26,513 nt of DNA from an uncultured euryarchaeote (GTDB taxonomy: Archaea; Thermoplasmatota; Poseidoniia; Poseidoniales; Poseidoniaceae): NCBI GenBank assembly GCA_937899865.1, contig CALBRH010000024.1:1-26513 (forward strand), in the 5' to 3' direction. Position numbers and translations under genes: made by a program. Under the pieces are notes generated by a model. The model did no database searches, was not told the origin of the DNA, and worked only from the letters and a program-made list of their open reading frames with translations. Every line of letters starts with the position of its first letter. The first letter of the stretch is position 1. This document shows positions 24,542 through 26,513 of the stretch, one piece after another.

Positions 24542-26513
24542 ATGTCAGACGTTGAAGAAAATCTTCTGTCTTTAGATGAAGAAAATCTTACTTTTACCAG
24601 GGAACAAATTGAATACTTAAGAGATGAATTTGAGCGACAAAGAAGATGGGTAAATCTACTATCAACTAGGGAAACTTATGCTTTGGAAGAGCTTGAAAGA
24701 ACTCAGAACTCCATTAGTTATCGTTTTGGAAGGGCAGTAACATGGTTTCCAAGAACGATAATTAAAATCCTTAAACCAAAGAAATCAAAGATAGTTTATT
24801 TTGTTAAAGAAGATGAAGAGAAAAACTCGACAGAACTATTTCCATCCTCCCTTCTAATCACTCCTGAATTATTACCTACTAGTGACAGTAAAAGAAAATC
24901 TGATTATCTTGTAGAAGAAATGATTATTGCTATAAAAAGAGGCAATATTTCTGTCAATGCAGCACGTGATATGTTTGGCGAAGGTTCTTTTTCAATGGAT
25001 GATGAAGAACAACTCGAATCTGCAAACCTAATCATGAATCACATATTACAAGTTAAAGAATATGCTCCAAGTGTGAAGAATGTTTTTGTTGGAATTCTAA
25101 GATCATTATCTCAAAGAAATAATCACTCAGCAGTTGTTTTTGGTGATTCATTTTTTCAAACTATTCTAGATGAGAGGGCAATAAGAACATTGATACAATG
25201 TCATGGTAAATGCGGTAACTTTTCTCGTCCGATTGAATTATTAAAACAGATGCCTAGAAGTCAATGGAAAAGTGAGCAAAACTCCAGATTTAAAAATTCA
25301 AACCGCATTCTCAATAATGGGATTGAATTTTCCGTTCCAAAAGCAAAGCCAATTGAGTCGAATAAGAATTCAATTCTTTATCATGCAAGTCAAAGTTTAC
25401 CACACACTAGTTCAGGGTATGCAATAAGAACGCATGGGTTAATTTCAGCATTAAATAATCACGGAATTAATGTAGAAACATTACTTAGATATGGGTATCC
25501 ACTTGATAGAAATGATTTCAAACAAAATGTGATTGAGCCAATGGAAAAAGTTGAAAATGTAAATTATCATTTTTCCCATGTCAATAGAGAAGATTCCTCA
25601 ATAATTAATTATCAAGAAGTTTACAGTTTTAACAAAATAGAAGAGTATCAAGAAAAAGCGATAACTTCTATCATAAATAAATCAAAAACATTTAGACCTA
25701 AAATTATTCATTCAGCATCAAATTTTGTTGTTGGAATGGCAGGTGCAAAGGCTGCAAAAGCATTGGGTATTCCTTCGATTTACGAAATTAGAGGATTTTG
25801 GCACTTAACACAATCAACCAAGCGACAAGGTTACGAAGGCTCAGACCACTATAACTTGACAGAAAGGTTAGAAATTGAAACTGCTAAAGCATCAGATCAT
25901 GTTTTTACAATAACTAATGCATTAAAGAATATATTAATTGAAAATGGTGTATCTTCTGATAAAATATCTGTGCTACCAAACGCGGTTGACCCAACAAAAT
26001 TCAATTTAAATACTAAGGATAAGAAATTGGAAAAAGAATTAGAATTTGAAAATAAGGTTGTAATCGGTTATGTTGGTTCATTTGTAAATTATGAAGGACT
26101 TGATATTTTATTGGAAGCATGTTCTATTTTGTATAAAAAATTAGGTGATTGCTTCAGATTATTGTTGGTCGGAGATGGCGCTATGATGCAATCTTTGAGA
26201 CGTTCAGTTCGATTTTTACAATTAGAAGATATAGTCAAATTTACTGGTAGAGTAAGCCACGATGAAGTACAAAGATATTATTCTCTAATTGATATCGCAC
26301 CTCTTCCGCGTAAGGGGTTGAGAGTTTGTGAGTTAGTTTCTCCTTTGAAACCATTTGAAGCGATGGGTGCTGGAAAAGTTTTGATTACATCAAGTGTTGA
26401 AGCCCTTGCTGAAATTGTTAAAGATGGAGAAACCGGATTTGTCTTTGAAAAAGATAATATGCAAGATTTGGCAGATAAATTAGAATTGACGATTACCAAC
26501 CAGGATCTTCGTA
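24542..26513 (+). CDS. Large GT4-family glycosyltransferase with an N-terminal helical extension (partial, runs off the window; not in ORF track)
   Basis: ATG 24542 after GGAGTGA; frame open to the end of the window. Motifs ILYHASQSLPHTSSGYAIRT, YEIRGFWH, VLPNAVD, GYVGSFVNYEGLD, VGDG, FTGRVSHDEV, VSPLKPFEAMGAGK. Confidence 0.92.
   Translation, partial: MSDVEENLLSLDEENLTFTREQIEYLRDEFERQRRWVNLLSTRETYALEELERTQNSISYRFGRAVTWFPRTIIKILKPKKSKIVYFVKEDEEKNSTELFPSSLLITPELLPTSDSKRKSDYLVEEMIIAIKRGNISVNAARDMFGEGSFSMDDEEQLESANLIMNHILQVKEYAPSVKNVFVGILRSLSQRNNHSAVVFGDSFFQTILDERAIRTLIQCHGKCGNFSRPIELLKQMPRSQWKSEQNSRFKNSNRILNNGIEFSVPKAKPIESNKNSILYHASQSLPHTSSGYAIRTHGLISALNNHGINVETLLRYGYPLDRNDFKQNVIEPMEKVENVNYHFSHVNREDSSIINYQEVYSFNKIEEYQEKAITSIINKSKTFRPKIIHSASNFVVGMAGAKAAKALGIPSIYEIRGFWHLTQSTKRQGYEGSDHYNLTERLEIETAKASDHVFTITNALKNILIENGVSSDKISVLPNAVDPTKFNLNTKDKKLEKELEFENKVVIGYVGSFVNYEGLDILLEACSILYKKLGDCFRLLLVGDGAMMQSLRRSVRFLQLEDIVKFTGRVSHDEVQRYYSLIDIAPLPRKGLRVCELVSPLKPFEAMGAGKVLITSSVEALAEIVKDGETGFVFEKDNMQDLADKLELTITNQDLR

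Noticed and set aside
26278-26499. 73-aa minus-strand ORF
   Set aside because: Antisense to the conserved C-terminal GT4 domain.

Overview
Densely coding, AT-rich archaeal chromosome segment, most likely from Marine Group II Euryarchaeota (Ca. Poseidoniales). The taxon is inferred from the archaeal CoA enzymes (pantoate kinase, phosphopantothenate synthetase), GGAGG/GGTGA ribosome-binding sites, a giant Asp-rich TSP3-like surface protein, Thermoplasmata-type wHTH regulators and many bacterial-type genes. Left part (1-8 kb): cofactor and housekeeping genes (PPS, nadC, PoK, leuS, a GHMP sugar kinase), plus a TPD-motif PD-(D/E)xK protein resembling human CDIN1/C15orf41. The LeuRS is bacterial-type with an archaeal-type C-terminal domain and appears to start at a CTG codon. 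Middle (8-16.3 kb): a signal-peptide/TM-anchored double winged-helix regulator, an MBL hydrolase, a WD40+TSP3 surface protein and a wHTH-STAND ATPase with no sensor domain. Right part (16.3-26.5 kb): trxA, rpe and a surface-glycan locus (GT4, Wzx-like flippase, nucleotide-sugar dehydrogenase, alpha/beta hydrolase, Wzm/Wzt, large GT4 running off the edge), interrupted by a BolA-monothiol glutaredoxin pair. I found no rRNA, tRNA, CRISPR array or mobile element. All family calls come from motif recognition by eye; no searches were run.
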